A stretch of DNA of 61,210 nucleotides from a virus (taxonomy: Duplodnaviria; Caudoviricetes), in IMG/VR virus record IMGVR_UViG_3300037247_000367, positions 1 through 61,210 of that record; one strand, written 5' to 3'. The position numbers were made by a program, and so were the translations under genes. Numbering within the stretch: position 1 is the first letter of the stretch; each line of letters opens with the position of its first letter. The notes under the pieces are model-generated. The model did no database searches. It was not told the DNA's origin and saw only the letters and a program-made list of their open reading frames with translations. This document shows positions 18,876-28,736 of the stretch, in pieces.

Positions 18876-19397
18876 ATGGAAAAATTATGGAATCCAATCC
18901 CTAAATTTGAATTATATTATTCAGTTAATAAATCAGGCGATGTTTATAGTCATAGGTATAAAAGAATATTACATCCAATAAAACAAAAGCACGGGTATTT
19001 AAGAGTGAGGTTATATAATAGCAAAGAATATAAATGGTATTTAGTTCATAGATTAATAGCATTAACGTTTATCCCGAATCCTGAAAATAAAAAAACTGTT
19101 AATCATAAAGACGGTAATCCATCAAATAATCATATAAGCAATTTAGAATGGATGACACAGAGACAACAAATGTTACATGCTTATAAAACAGGATTAAGAA
19201 AAAAGTCATTAGGATCGAATCATCCCAATAGTAAATTTAACGAAAAAGATATTGTAAAAATAAAAGAAATGTGTTTTAATGGTGTTAGCCAAAGAAAAGT
19301 AGCTGCTATATATAATGTTCATTATTCTACAATAAATCATATTATTAAAAAAAGAACCTGGGTAGAAGTAATGACAAATCACACTTGTTATGATTGA
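18876..19397 (+). CDS. NUMOD4-HNH homing endonuclease with its own promoter
   Basis: VHRLIA.TF, VNHKDGN..NN...NLEW; TATATTTG just upstream. Confidence 0.92.
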   Translation: MEKLWNPIPKFELYYSVNKSGDVYSHRYKRILHPIKQKHGYLRVRLYNSKEYKWYLVHRLIALTFIPNPENKKTVNHKDGNPSNNHISNLEWMTQRQQMLHAYKTGLRKKSLGSNHPNSKFNEKDIVKIKEMCFNGVSQRKVAAIYNVHYSTINHIIKKRTWVEVMTNHTCYD

Positions 19398-20178
19398 CTT
19401 AATAATCTTCAGTAAAGATAGAGCCATGCAATTACAGGGCTTGCTTAGTAGCTTAAAAGCTAACTGTAACATCTTCAACAGGATAGTTGTCATTTATGAC
19501 TTTTCAGATAAAGAATACGAGCAAGCATATAATGAACTTAAAAACGAGCAAGGTATAATATGGTTGTACGGTAACATTTCATTTAAAGACAGGGTTTTGT
19601 CTGCATTCGGAGATACAAAATATACCTGTTTCATGGTAGACGATTTGATAGCTTATACGGAGATTGAGAAAGAGCCAATAAAGGAAATGAAAATGTTAAT
19701 GGAAACAGGTAACATTTTCAGTTTACGGATTGGAAAAAATATAGGAAAATATCAGCAAGGAGAATTTATGCAAGATAATCATTATGAACATAGTTTTATA
19801 TTTGACTGGACGCAACAGAAGAAGTATTGGGGTTATCCTTTCAGCGTAGATGGTCATGTATTTAGAACCGATTTTATTAAAACCATAATTCAAAACGGTG
19901 AATTCCATAATCCTAACAAATTAGAAATAATTTTACAGCGAGGTAAGGACATAGCTCCTAAATACATGAGCTGCTTCAATCAAAGCGTTGTCGTAAGCAT
20001 TCCGATTAATAGGGTAAGCATTACCGCAAGTGCAAGTTTTGGTGAGAGATACCCGCATACTGCAAAGGAATTGAACGATAAGTTTTTAGCAGGAGAGCGT
20101 ATGGATTGGCAAGCAATGGATTTTAGCGACATAAAATCATCGCACCAGGAAGTGGAATTAAAATTCAAAACCATATGA
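19390..20178 (+). CDS. Glycosyltransferase-like protein (GT-A)
   Basis: IFSKDRAMQL, FMVDD, YPFSVDG motifs seen in glycan clusters. Confidence 0.6.
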   Translation: MIDLIIFSKDRAMQLQGLLSSLKANCNIFNRIVVIYDFSDKEYEQAYNELKNEQGIIWLYGNISFKDRVLSAFGDTKYTCFMVDDLIAYTEIEKEPIKEMKMLMETGNIFSLRIGKNIGKYQQGEFMQDNHYEHSFIFDWTQQKKYWGYPFSVDGHVFRTDFIKTIIQNGEFHNPNKLEIILQRGKDIAPKYMSCFNQSVVVSIPINRVSITASASFGERYPHTAKELNDKFLAGERMDWQAMDFSDIKSSHQEVELKFKTI

Positions 20179-20444
20179 GTTGGAAACAAAACAAAGAATG
20201 GAAACACTTCAAGCAAGTCAACACTGGCAAGATGGGTGTCATTGTCGTCAAGGTAGCGGAAATAATAATGAAAGAACTGGACAAGGACGTAGATATTGAC
20301 AAGATTAATGCAAAACAACTGATTAAGGACGCAGATAAATATGGAGAAGTAACCCGTATGATGGAGACATTCATTACGCAAGCAGTAAATGACTTCCATC
20401 CGAAAGGGAAAGCGTTTTTAGAGAACCGGGAAAATGCTGATTGA
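20175..20444 (+). CDS. Hypothetical protein
   Basis: ATGA-coupled ORF. Confidence 0.55.
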   Translation: MSWKQNKEWKHFKQVNTGKMGVIVVKVAEIIMKELDKDVDIDKINAKQLIKDADKYGEVTRMMETFITQAVNDFHPKGKAFLENRENAD

Positions 20445-20593
20445 ACCAAAACATAAAAAACCATGAGCGGAAAAAGAGCAAAACAACTTCGCAATAAGGC
20501 AAGAGATTTGACAGTCGGTATGCCAGAAGCGGAAACAAGGCGCATCTATAAGATATTAAAAAGCAATTATAAATTAGAAAAACAATTTCCACA

Positions 20594-21220
20594 ATGTTAA
20601 TACCACTGATTGACCTAAAGAACAAATACAACCTTGACATAAGAGGCGTTATCCATATCGGAATGTATAATGCAGAGGAGTTACCTGCTTATCGGGAGTG
20701 CGGAGTTGAAAAGGTAATATGGATTGAGGCATTAAAAAAGCTGGCAGATGCAGCTAAATTGAAGTTTGAAAGCGATCCATCACAATGGGTCATAGAGGCT
20801 GTCATATCTGACAAAGAGGAAACGGTTGATTTTATGGTTACCAACAATGAAGCGTCAAGCTCTATTCTAAATTTAGGCACTCATTTGCAGCATCATCCGA
20901 GAGTGTGGGAAGAAAAACGGATTAAAGTCGTAACCTGCACAATGGAAAGCATCATAAACGGTTATGGAATTGATATGGTTGATTACAATTTCCTCAATAT
21001 AGATATACAGGGAGCGGAATTGAAGGCGTTAAAGGGTATGAAATATTATTTACAATACATTGATTACCTTTATTTAGAAGTAAACGAGGAAGAGATTTAT
21101 GAGAAATGCTGTTTAGTGGAGGAATTAGATGAATTTTTGTCTTATTTTAAACGAGTAGAAACCAAAATGACCAAATACAACTGGGGTGATGCGATGTACA
21201 TCCGTAAAACATTATTATGA
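20594..21220 (+). CDS. FkbM-family methyltransferase
   Basis: VIHIG, WIEA, SSSIL, NIDIQGAEL..LKG, YLEV, WGDA.Y. Confidence 0.93.
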   Translation: MLIPLIDLKNKYNLDIRGVIHIGMYNAEELPAYRECGVEKVIWIEALKKLADAAKLKFESDPSQWVIEAVISDKEETVDFMVTNNEASSSILNLGTHLQHHPRVWEEKRIKVVTCTMESIINGYGIDMVDYNFLNIDIQGAELKALKGMKYYLQYIDYLYLEVNEEEIYEKCCLVEELDEFLSYFKRVETKMTKYNWGDAMYIRKTLL

Positions 21221-22029
21221 GACACTTTACAACCGTATGCGATAGTAACTATTTGGCTCAAGGGCTGGCTTTGTATCTCTCATTGATGAAAGTTAATCCT
21301 GATTTTATTTTATTTTGGTTATGTATAGACCAAAAGGCATACGAGATAGTGTCTAAACTCAATCTAAAGAATGTTATTTTAGATATTGCAGAGCCGTTTT
21401 TTCCTGTTAATGGATTTAATCACAAAGAATATTGTTGGTCGCTGGCTTCACGTTATACTGATTTTATATTTAAACTACATGGTATGCCTAACATAGTTTA
21501 TCTTGATGCTGACCTTTATTTTTATCAGGATTACGAACACATTTATAAAGAGATAGGCGATAAAAGCATAGGGATAATTGAACATAGAATACCTAATTAC
21601 AAAACCGTAGGCAAATACAATGTAGCTTTTAATTATTTTAAAAACGATGAACCGGGTAAGGAGTGTTTGAATACGTGGCAGCGATTAGCAAGTGATAAAA
21701 ACAATGAATATTTTAAGGAATATGGCAGTTGTGGAGATCAGAAATATCTTGAATTATTTATGAAATGGTATCCGTTGGACGTTCATATAATTGATTGCGG
21801 ACACGGGGCATGGTGGAATAATCGCAGCAATAGATTTTATGATGAATGTGTTATATATGATGGAAAAGATAAAAAACTAATCTTCATGCACTATTCGCAT
21901 TTTAACTTAACCAAAGATGGATATACGCATGATGAAATGAAAGAAATGTCGCCACGATTAAGGGAGTATTACGATAACTACGAAAAAGAAGTAAGGAAAT
22001 GCGAACAACAAATACAATCTATTAATTAA
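21217..22029 (+). CDS. GT-A nucleotide-diphospho-sugar transferase (GT8/GT77-like)
   Basis: T..DSNYL.QGLALY.SL, YLDADLYF, GKYN, GDQKYL, HYS. Confidence 0.85.
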   Translation: MRHFTTVCDSNYLAQGLALYLSLMKVNPDFILFWLCIDQKAYEIVSKLNLKNVILDIAEPFFPVNGFNHKEYCWSLASRYTDFIFKLHGMPNIVYLDADLYFYQDYEHIYKEIGDKSIGIIEHRIPNYKTVGKYNVAFNYFKNDEPGKECLNTWQRLASDKNNEYFKEYGSCGDQKYLELFMKWYPLDVHIIDCGHGAWWNNRSNRFYDECVIYDGKDKKLIFMHYSHFNLTKDGYTHDEMKEMSPRLREYYDNYEKEVRKCEQQIQSIN

Positions 22030-22039
22030 AACTGATACG

Positions 22040-22351
22040 ATGAAATCAAACGCAGATTACAAGCCGATTTTAGAATCGCTGAAAACCCTGAAAGCATCAG
22101 GCAAGGTGGATATTATATGGGAGGGTCGCGACTTTCGGGCAGAGGCTGAAGGGCACGAAACACAGCAAGTTGAGTTTTACGAATCAACTTGCCGGATAAG
22201 ATTGACTATTTATAAAAGCGATACTTTAAAAAGTTTGGGTGAAAAGGTAATTAAGGCAGAGGAATTAATGGATGATCTCGAAATGCACATTGTCTATAAG
22301 AAACAAAATCCTAATATGTACGAATTTCTTCATGCTAATTTAGAATTATGA
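22040..22351 (+). CDS. Hypothetical protein
   Basis: ORF within the operon. Confidence 0.55.
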   Translation: MKSNADYKPILESLKTLKASGKVDIIWEGRDFRAEAEGHETQQVEFYESTCRIRLTIYKSDTLKSLGEKVIKAEELMDDLEMHIVYKKQNPNMYEFLHANLEL

Positions 22352-23178
22352 AAATAGCTTTTGGTATTATAGTTTACAACGGGGATTTCGTTCTAAAGGA
22401 ATGTATCGAATCAATATATCCTTATGCAAGCGAAATATTGATTAGCGAGGGTTGTGTACAGCATTTCAAAGATAAGGGCTTTACGACATCCACAGACCGT
22501 ACCAATGAGATTATAGACAACTTCCCTGACCCTGACAATAAGATTAAAGTATTTCACGGCACATATAAAGAAAAGACCGAACAGTGCAACGCTTATATGC
22601 CTATTGATGCTGATTATCTTTGGTGTGTTGATGCCGATGAGATATACAAGCCCGAAGACATCGACAAAATCATAATGCGATTAGAAATAGAGGAGCCGAC
22701 ATCGGTAGGTTTTAAAAGCAAAACATTCTTTGGTGGCTTTGACAACGTGATAGGCGGCTTTGAGGCACGGGCAGAGTACAGGCGCATATTCAAGATCAAC
22801 AAAGAATCAAAGTGGGCGAATCACAGACCGCCACAGATAGATAATATTGAGGATGCAAAGCATATATCCGGTCAGTCATTAGCAGACAAAGGGGTATATA
22901 TGTACCATTACAGCTACGTATGGGACAGGCAGGTAAGGGATAAGGTTGAGTATTACAAAGCTAAGATCAGCAAGGACAACTGCATAGACGACTATTATGA
23001 GACAGTATTTAAGAAATGGGTAGATGGAGATATAATGACACGGAATATAATTGAGGCAAAAAATAATGGGGTACATGAATTTAAAACAAGTTACAGGGGC
23101 GATGCCTATACTGAAATATTTACAGGCGAACATCCTGAAATAATGCAACAATGTATAGCAAGAGAGAAGCAAAATTAA
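22348..23178 (+). CDS. GT2-family glycosyltransferase
   Basis: STDRT, VDADE, YHYSYV. Confidence 0.85.
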   Translation: MKIAFGIIVYNGDFVLKECIESIYPYASEILISEGCVQHFKDKGFTTSTDRTNEIIDNFPDPDNKIKVFHGTYKEKTEQCNAYMPIDADYLWCVDADEIYKPEDIDKIIMRLEIEEPTSVGFKSKTFFGGFDNVIGGFEARAEYRRIFKINKESKWANHRPPQIDNIEDAKHISGQSLADKGVYMYHYSYVWDRQVRDKVEYYKAKISKDNCIDDYYETVFKKWVDGDIMTRNIIEAKNNGVHEFKTSYRGDAYTEIFTGEHPEIMQQCIAREKQN

Positions 23179-23606
23179 TAGAGCCGTATTTAACAAGTGG
23201 TGCAAGCGTTTTGGAATACGGAAGCGGTGAATCTACTTTTGAGGTAGCAGCAAAAGTAAAGTTATTGATTACAGTTGAACATCAATTAGAATGGTTTAAT
23301 AAAATAAAAGCCAAGCTGCCGAAAAATACTGTGATATTATTTGAACCGCCAACGTGCTTAAAGTGGGGAACGGATGGAACGTATGAGCAATTTAAAAACT
23401 ACATAGAAGCACCTAAAGGAATATTTAATGTTATAATAATAGACGGCAGGGCAAGGGTAGGATGTGCGAAGTATTGTAAGAATGTAGCAAACGAAAACAC
23501 TATTATCTTCGTGCATGATTATCAAAGAGAGGAATACAAAGAGATTGAAACTCATTTACAATTAATCGAAGTCGTTGAAACAATGGCTAAATTCAAATTA
23601 AAATAA
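23151..23606 (+). CDS. Class I SAM methyltransferase (polysaccharide O-methyltransferase-like)
   Basis: LEYGSGEST, VEH...W, IIDGRAR..C, VHD. Confidence 0.85.
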   Translation: MYSKREAKLIEPYLTSGASVLEYGSGESTFEVAAKVKLLITVEHQLEWFNKIKAKLPKNTVILFEPPTCLKWGTDGTYEQFKNYIEAPKGIFNVIIIDGRARVGCAKYCKNVANENTIIFVHDYQREEYKEIETHLQLIEVVETMAKFKLK

Positions 23607-24043
23607 TGCCTGTTTGCCATAAAAGAAAAATAGTTTTTTGCCATGTTCCGAGAACTGGCGGGGTAAGCATCTGCTTGACATTAGAGTTAGCAATAGAAGA
23701 TAGGCACGAAAAAGCAAGCTATTTAAGGGGTAAATATCCCGGCTATCATTTATTTTCAATATATAGACCTTACAAAGACAGGATTGAAAGCGCACTTGGA
23801 TATTCAAAAGAAACAGCTGGTGTACATTCGACAAAAAAAGAATCATACGAAGATATAGTTGACAGTATTATCATAGCTAAAGGCAATGGAATTTCAGTTA
23901 AACCAAATGATTATTTTTTAGATGTTCCTGTTGACACCTTGTTACAATATAATGATTTAGAAAACGAACTTAATAAGATGCTTGTAAAACTTGGACATAA
24001 GGCAGTAAAATTAATTCAATCAAATTCAAGGAGGAAAAAATAA
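23606..24043 (+). CDS. Sulfotransferase-family (Sulfotransfer_2-like) protein
   Basis: FCHVPRTGG.S PSB loop; R.Y.DR..S. Confidence 0.75.
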   Translation: MPVCHKRKIVFCHVPRTGGVSICLTLELAIEDRHEKASYLRGKYPGYHLFSIYRPYKDRIESALGYSKETAGVHSTKKESYEDIVDSIIIAKGNGISVKPNDYFLDVPVDTLLQYNDLENELNKMLVKLGHKAVKLIQSNSRRKK

Positions 24044-24852
24044 TGGAAACCCTATCAGATTACGGAAACAATGTAACAAGTCAAGCCGGTGAGGATGGAA
24101 TTATTAAAGAGATATTCAAACGTCTGGAAATAGACAAAGGGGTGTTCTGTGAGTTTGGGGCTTTGGATGGCATAATGTTTAGCAATTCCAAAGAACTTGC
24201 AGACAAGGGCTGGATAGGGTTATACATCGAGGCTGGAAGAGAATGTGGTAAATGTGTCGAAAACTTCAAAGACAACCCACGTATAACTGTCTTAAAGGAA
24301 TATGTGGGAGAGTTTGATGCAATGGGTAAAACCTCAAAGGTGATGGAAAAATCATTTGATACTATTTGTAAAAAAAGTTTTGACAAAGAACTTGATTTTT
24401 TAGTTATTGATGTTGACGGTGGCGACTACGAGATAATGAGAGGCATTAAAAAGTATCTCCCGAAAGTATTAATGATCGAGTGTAATCCTTTCCGGCATCC
24501 ATTGGATGAAACATATTACGGATATGTGATAGGTGATGTGCAGGAATCTTTAACGGTTATGAACCAACTTGGTGAGAAGATGGGCTACAAGATGCTGTGC
24601 TGGACACAAAACATCTTCTTTATCAAAGAGGAATATTACCATTTGTTTGATGTTGAAACCGATATGATGGAAATATTCAAGCAGGGGTTTAAGGGATATA
24701 TCCAAAGAGACGAGGCTGCCGTAGGGCGTATGATCGCAAGAATGGGTAGCAAGCGATTCGGAGAGCAGGAAACTGACTTTATTAAACAAACACATGCTTT
24801 GTGTGTAGAAGAAATGAAAGCGGACGGAACATATACGCCTCAAATAATATGA
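24043..24852 (+). CDS. FkbM-like methyltransferase
   Basis: SQ.GEDGII, EFGALDG...SN, IDVDG.DY, IECN. Confidence 0.85.
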   Translation: METLSDYGNNVTSQAGEDGIIKEIFKRLEIDKGVFCEFGALDGIMFSNSKELADKGWIGLYIEAGRECGKCVENFKDNPRITVLKEYVGEFDAMGKTSKVMEKSFDTICKKSFDKELDFLVIDVDGGDYEIMRGIKKYLPKVLMIECNPFRHPLDETYYGYVIGDVQESLTVMNQLGEKMGYKMLCWTQNIFFIKEEYYHLFDVETDMMEIFKQGFKGYIQRDEAAVGRMIARMGSKRFGEQETDFIKQTHALCVEEMKADGTYTPQII

Positions 24853-25580
24853 GAATAAAAATGAAATCTGTAAAAAACTATAATGAGGAGAATCACTATA
24901 AGGGTGAATGCTGGAGGCAGGAATCCGGGGCAAATAATATGTTATCCAAACACAATGAAGCATCTATTGTTTTGGATTTTAATAATAATATTGATGTTAT
25001 CGGCAAGAGTCTATCAAAAATAACAGACATTGATTTATCAAATATAACTGCGATAGATTTAGGGTGTGGAAATGCCTCGTATCTTAGTTATTACATCAAG
25101 TGTACTGGAGCAGATTTACCATTTATAATAAGTAATTATTCTAAAATATTAAATCCGGGAATGGATTTTATTGAATGTGATGTGATGGAGAGCGATTTAT
25201 CTTTTTTAAAAGAGTTTGATTTAGTTTTAATAAGTGGACTATTAACGGTAATGAAAGAGCCGCTAATTATATTGAATAAAGTTCTAAGCAATAGCAGCAA
25301 TTACGTTTTAATTAACAGAAACCAATTAACAAAACAGCCGACCACCACTTCAAAGAATTGGGCTTATTGTGGATGGACATACGAAACTCAAATTAATATA
25401 GATGACTTTAATTACTTGTTGGAAAAGAATGGGTTTGATATAATATGTAAGGAAGAGCTTATTATTGGTTCAGGCATTATTGACAGTTATTGCCATCTTG
25501 TTAAACGGAGTTATGTTGAAAAAAACAACAGGTTGCTATCAAAAAAAGGGATTTATAAATTTAATGGTCAGAATAATTAA
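24849..25580 (+). CDS. Class I SAM methyltransferase
   Basis: IDLGCG, GAD, FDLV; start 24849 overlaps the upstream stop. Confidence 0.8.
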   Translation: MRIKMKSVKNYNEENHYKGECWRQESGANNMLSKHNEASIVLDFNNNIDVIGKSLSKITDIDLSNITAIDLGCGNASYLSYYIKCTGADLPFIISNYSKILNPGMDFIECDVMESDLSFLKEFDLVLISGLLTVMKEPLIILNKVLSNSSNYVLINRNQLTKQPTTTSKNWAYCGWTYETQINIDDFNYLLEKNGFDIICKEELIIGSGIIDSYCHLVKRSYVEKNNRLLSKKGIYKFNGQNN

Positions 25581-26360
25581 ATGATTAACATACACCCAAA
25601 AGGACGTTTAGGCAATCAGATGTTTCAATACTGTTTGGCACGTATAATATCCGAGCAGTTGGATTATGCAACCGATATGGAATTGCCTTTTAAAAACGCT
25701 AAAATACTAAAGGGCAAGATCGTAAAATCACCTGTTGAACAATTAAACGGACATGAAATTGATTTGAAAGGGGTGTTGAGTAATAAAAAAAACCGTAGGA
25801 TATATCTAAACGGGTACTTCCAACAATATGAATATTACAAAGACTATAAAAAAGAGATACAAAAATGGTTTGAGATCACAGAAGGTTACAAAAAGCCCGG
25901 TATAAACGACTTAGTTGTTCATGTGAGGGGCGGTGATTTGTATAATAAAGGCGGGAATACGCAGCACACTCCTTGTCCTTTGAGTTATTATACATCAATA
26001 ATACAACAAACATATTATAGGAGATTATTTATAGTAACTGAAAACCCGGATGACATAATAGTTCAAGCTATTCAAAAGCGACATTCATGTAAAATTATCA
26101 GCCAATCCGTGATAGAAGATTATTATTTTATGTTTCATGCTACTAAGTTGGTATTATCGGTGTGTACAATAGCATGGTGGGCTGGGTGGCTCGGAAACGC
26201 AACAGAGGTACATTACCCCTTATTAGGGTATTGGCATCATGACAGCGTAAGAAACGAGATTAATTTAAGGGTTAGTGAACAGCGATATATTTATTATGAT
26301 TTAGGAGTACAAGATAACTGGCAGGCAAGCGATGAACAAATTGAAAACTTACTGAAATGA
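25581..26360 (+). CDS. GT11 alpha-1,2-fucosyltransferase-like protein
   Basis: GRLGNQMFQY, GYFQ, HVRGGD, T..WWAGWL. Confidence 0.92.
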   Translation: MINIHPKGRLGNQMFQYCLARIISEQLDYATDMELPFKNAKILKGKIVKSPVEQLNGHEIDLKGVLSNKKNRRIYLNGYFQQYEYYKDYKKEIQKWFEITEGYKKPGINDLVVHVRGGDLYNKGGNTQHTPCPLSYYTSIIQQTYYRRLFIVTENPDDIIVQAIQKRHSCKIISQSVIEDYYFMFHATKLVLSVCTIAWWAGWLGNATEVHYPLLGYWHHDSVRNEINLRVSEQRYIYYDLGVQDNWQASDEQIENLLK

Positions 26361-26367
26361 AAAGATT

Positions 26368-27063
26368 TTGTATATTAGCAATGAAATGCAGAATTCAATT
26401 AATTACGTTTATTTATATTTAGACCCAACAAAACCGGGTATTTATAATTATGGGAAATATGTAACATTATATTACGAACCATTTTATGTAGGGAAAGGAC
26501 AAGGTAAGCGCAAAGAAGACCATTTAGAAGCTGCGAAGAAAGGAAAATCAACCGGAAATAGACATTTATATTTTAAAATAAAAAAGATTCTTATACAAGG
26601 ATTAGAGCCTATAATAAAGATAGCAGGACGCTGGGATGAAGCAAAAATAGCATTTAATTACGAAAAGCATTTAATAAAACTAATTGGAAGAACAGATAAA
26701 AAGACAGGTGTTTTAACAAATATGACAAATGGTGGCGATGGTGCTATTAATCCATCGGTTGAAACAAGAAAAAAAATATCAAATAGCTTAAAAGGTAATA
26801 TTCCGTGGAACAAAGGCAAAACAGGAATTTATAGTAAAAAAACAAGGGACAATATTAGCAAAACATTGACTGGTCGAAAGGGTATACCTTTAACGGATTA
26901 TCAAAAAGAATGTATTTCTAAAGTGCATAAGGGTAAAGTTGTTTCAAAAGAAACGAGACAAAAACAATCATTAGCGCACTTAGGACATACGCCTTGGAAT
27001 AAAGGAACAAAAGGGATTTGTAAAGCATGGAATAAGGGGCTATGCAAACAAAACAGTTATTAA
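26368..27063 (+). CDS. GIY-YIG homing endonuclease with NUMOD3 repeats
   Basis: YVYLYLDP...FYVGKG, LTNMT.GGDG, ETR.KIS/PWNKG repeats. Confidence 0.9.
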   Translation: MYISNEMQNSINYVYLYLDPTKPGIYNYGKYVTLYYEPFYVGKGQGKRKEDHLEAAKKGKSTGNRHLYFKIKKILIQGLEPIIKIAGRWDEAKIAFNYEKHLIKLIGRTDKKTGVLTNMTNGGDGAINPSVETRKKISNSLKGNIPWNKGKTGIYSKKTRDNISKTLTGRKGIPLTDYQKECISKVHKGKVVSKETRQKQSLAHLGHTPWNKGTKGICKAWNKGLCKQNSY

Positions 27064-27067
27064 AAGC

Positions 27068-28024
27068 ATGAAAAAAATTTGTATTGCAGGGGGAAATGGT
27101 TTCATCGGTCATTCATTAGGTCGCAAATTAAGAAGCGAGGGGCACTGGGTACGAACTGTTGATATACAAGAATATACGTTTGGAAAAATAGATTATACAG
27201 ATAATTATATAATTGGTGATTTACGAAATATTGATTTATGCAAAATGGTTTTAAATGATATGGAATTTGACGAAGTATATGTTTTGGCTTGTTTAATGGG
27301 TGGGGCTGGATTTATTTTTACAGGCGATAATGATGCCGATATTATGCACGATTCAGCGTTAATTAATATCAATATAATAGAGTGTCTTAAAAATTCAAAA
27401 GCTAAAGTATTTTACAGTTCATCCGCTTGTATTTACCCTAAACACAATCAACTTGACCCTGACAATCCAAATTGTGCTGAAAATTCTGCTTATCCAGCCG
27501 ACCCCGACAGCCCCTATGGATTAGAAAAGATATTTAGCGAAAGTTTATATGAAGCATATCATAGGAATTATGGACTTGACATAAGGGTTGCCCGCTTCCA
27601 TAATATTTTCGGAGCAGAGGGGGCGTATAATAATGGCAAAGAAAAAGCACCGGCAGCACTATGTAGAAAGGTCGCAGAGGCAGATAAAGAAATTGAAGTA
27701 TGGGGGGACGGCAAGCAGACACGCTCATTTCTTTATATTGATGAATGTTTAGATGGAATAGAGAAATTAATGAACTCCGATTGTACATTTCCTTTAAACA
27801 TAGGCAGCGATGAAATGATAAGCATTAACGACTTGGCTAAAATGGTAATTGACATATCAGGCAAGGATTTAACGATTAAGAACATCGAAGGTGCAGAGGG
27901 TGTGAGAGGACGCAATTCTGACAATAAACTAATTTATGAAACATTGGGCTGGAAACCTACCCAACCATTGAGAGAGGGCATGGAAAAGCTATATAGGTGG
28001 GTTAATACGCAAGTAAATGGATAA
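27068..28024 (+). CDS. gme: GDP-mannose 3',5'-epimerase-like extended SDR
   Basis: GGNGFIG, MGGAGFI, SSSACIYP, YGLEK, RFHNIFG, EKAPAA, WGDGKQTRSF, EGVRGRNSDN. Confidence 0.88.
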   Translation: MKKICIAGGNGFIGHSLGRKLRSEGHWVRTVDIQEYTFGKIDYTDNYIIGDLRNIDLCKMVLNDMEFDEVYVLACLMGGAGFIFTGDNDADIMHDSALININIIECLKNSKAKVFYSSSACIYPKHNQLDPDNPNCAENSAYPADPDSPYGLEKIFSESLYEAYHRNYGLDIRVARFHNIFGAEGAYNNGKEKAPAALCRKVAEADKEIEVWGDGKQTRSFLYIDECLDGIEKLMNSDCTFPLNIGSDEMISINDLAKMVIDISGKDLTIKNIEGAEGVRGRNSDNKLIYETLGWKPTQPLREGMEKLYRWVNTQVNG

Positions 28025-28736
28025 GATGATATTAGATATAAGTTTCAATGGATTGGGCGATAGCTTGGCTTTCAGCACCTTGCCGGAGCGTTGCCATGAA
28101 AATGGAATTGACTTTTATTTATCAAATTCCGTAAGGAAATTACATGAAAGGAACACGCAAGTATTTGATATTGTTTGGAAAGCAAACCCATATTTCAAAG
28201 GATTTTCGGATGGAGAAATAAATGCTGGAAATATGTATAAGTCAAAGACATCACTTGAAGAATCTATTGTCTATCAAATGGAGCGAATGCACGGTTTTAA
28301 TCCCATAAACAAGTACCCTAAAATCTATATCGAACTAAAAGAGATGCCTGAAATTAAAGACATAACGCTAATAGACCTTAATAGTTTTGCAGTATGTAAA
28401 GAATTGTGGGAGAAAAGAGATTTGCTTGTTAAAAAGGTAGATGAGTTAATAGATAGTAATGAGAATATTTATTATACATACCTACAAGACAAGCCCAGCA
28501 AAATAAATGATGTAAACGCTATATTGTTAAAGAAGTTTCAGCCGTTTCCGATAGATTCCTTATTGCATTATTGTCATGTATTGAACAGCGTAAAGAATTT
28601 TGTTACGGTATTATCAGGGGCAAACGTATTGGCATCTGCGATAAAACAAGATAGGGATAAACAAATCGACACAATTATATGGGATTGGCTCAAGGGGACA
28701 TATTATTTTGAAAACATAAACTATCATACGATATGA
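28017..28736 (+). CDS. GT-B (GT9-like) glycosyltransferase
   Basis: GLGD.L..S, NPY, SG...LASA. Confidence 0.6.
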   Translation: MDKMILDISFNGLGDSLAFSTLPERCHENGIDFYLSNSVRKLHERNTQVFDIVWKANPYFKGFSDGEINAGNMYKSKTSLEESIVYQMERMHGFNPINKYPKIYIELKEMPEIKDITLIDLNSFAVCKELWEKRDLLVKKVDELIDSNENIYYTYLQDKPSKINDVNAILLKKFQPFPIDSLLHYCHVLNSVKNFVTVLSGANVLASAIKQDRDKQIDTIIWDWLKGTYYFENINYHTI

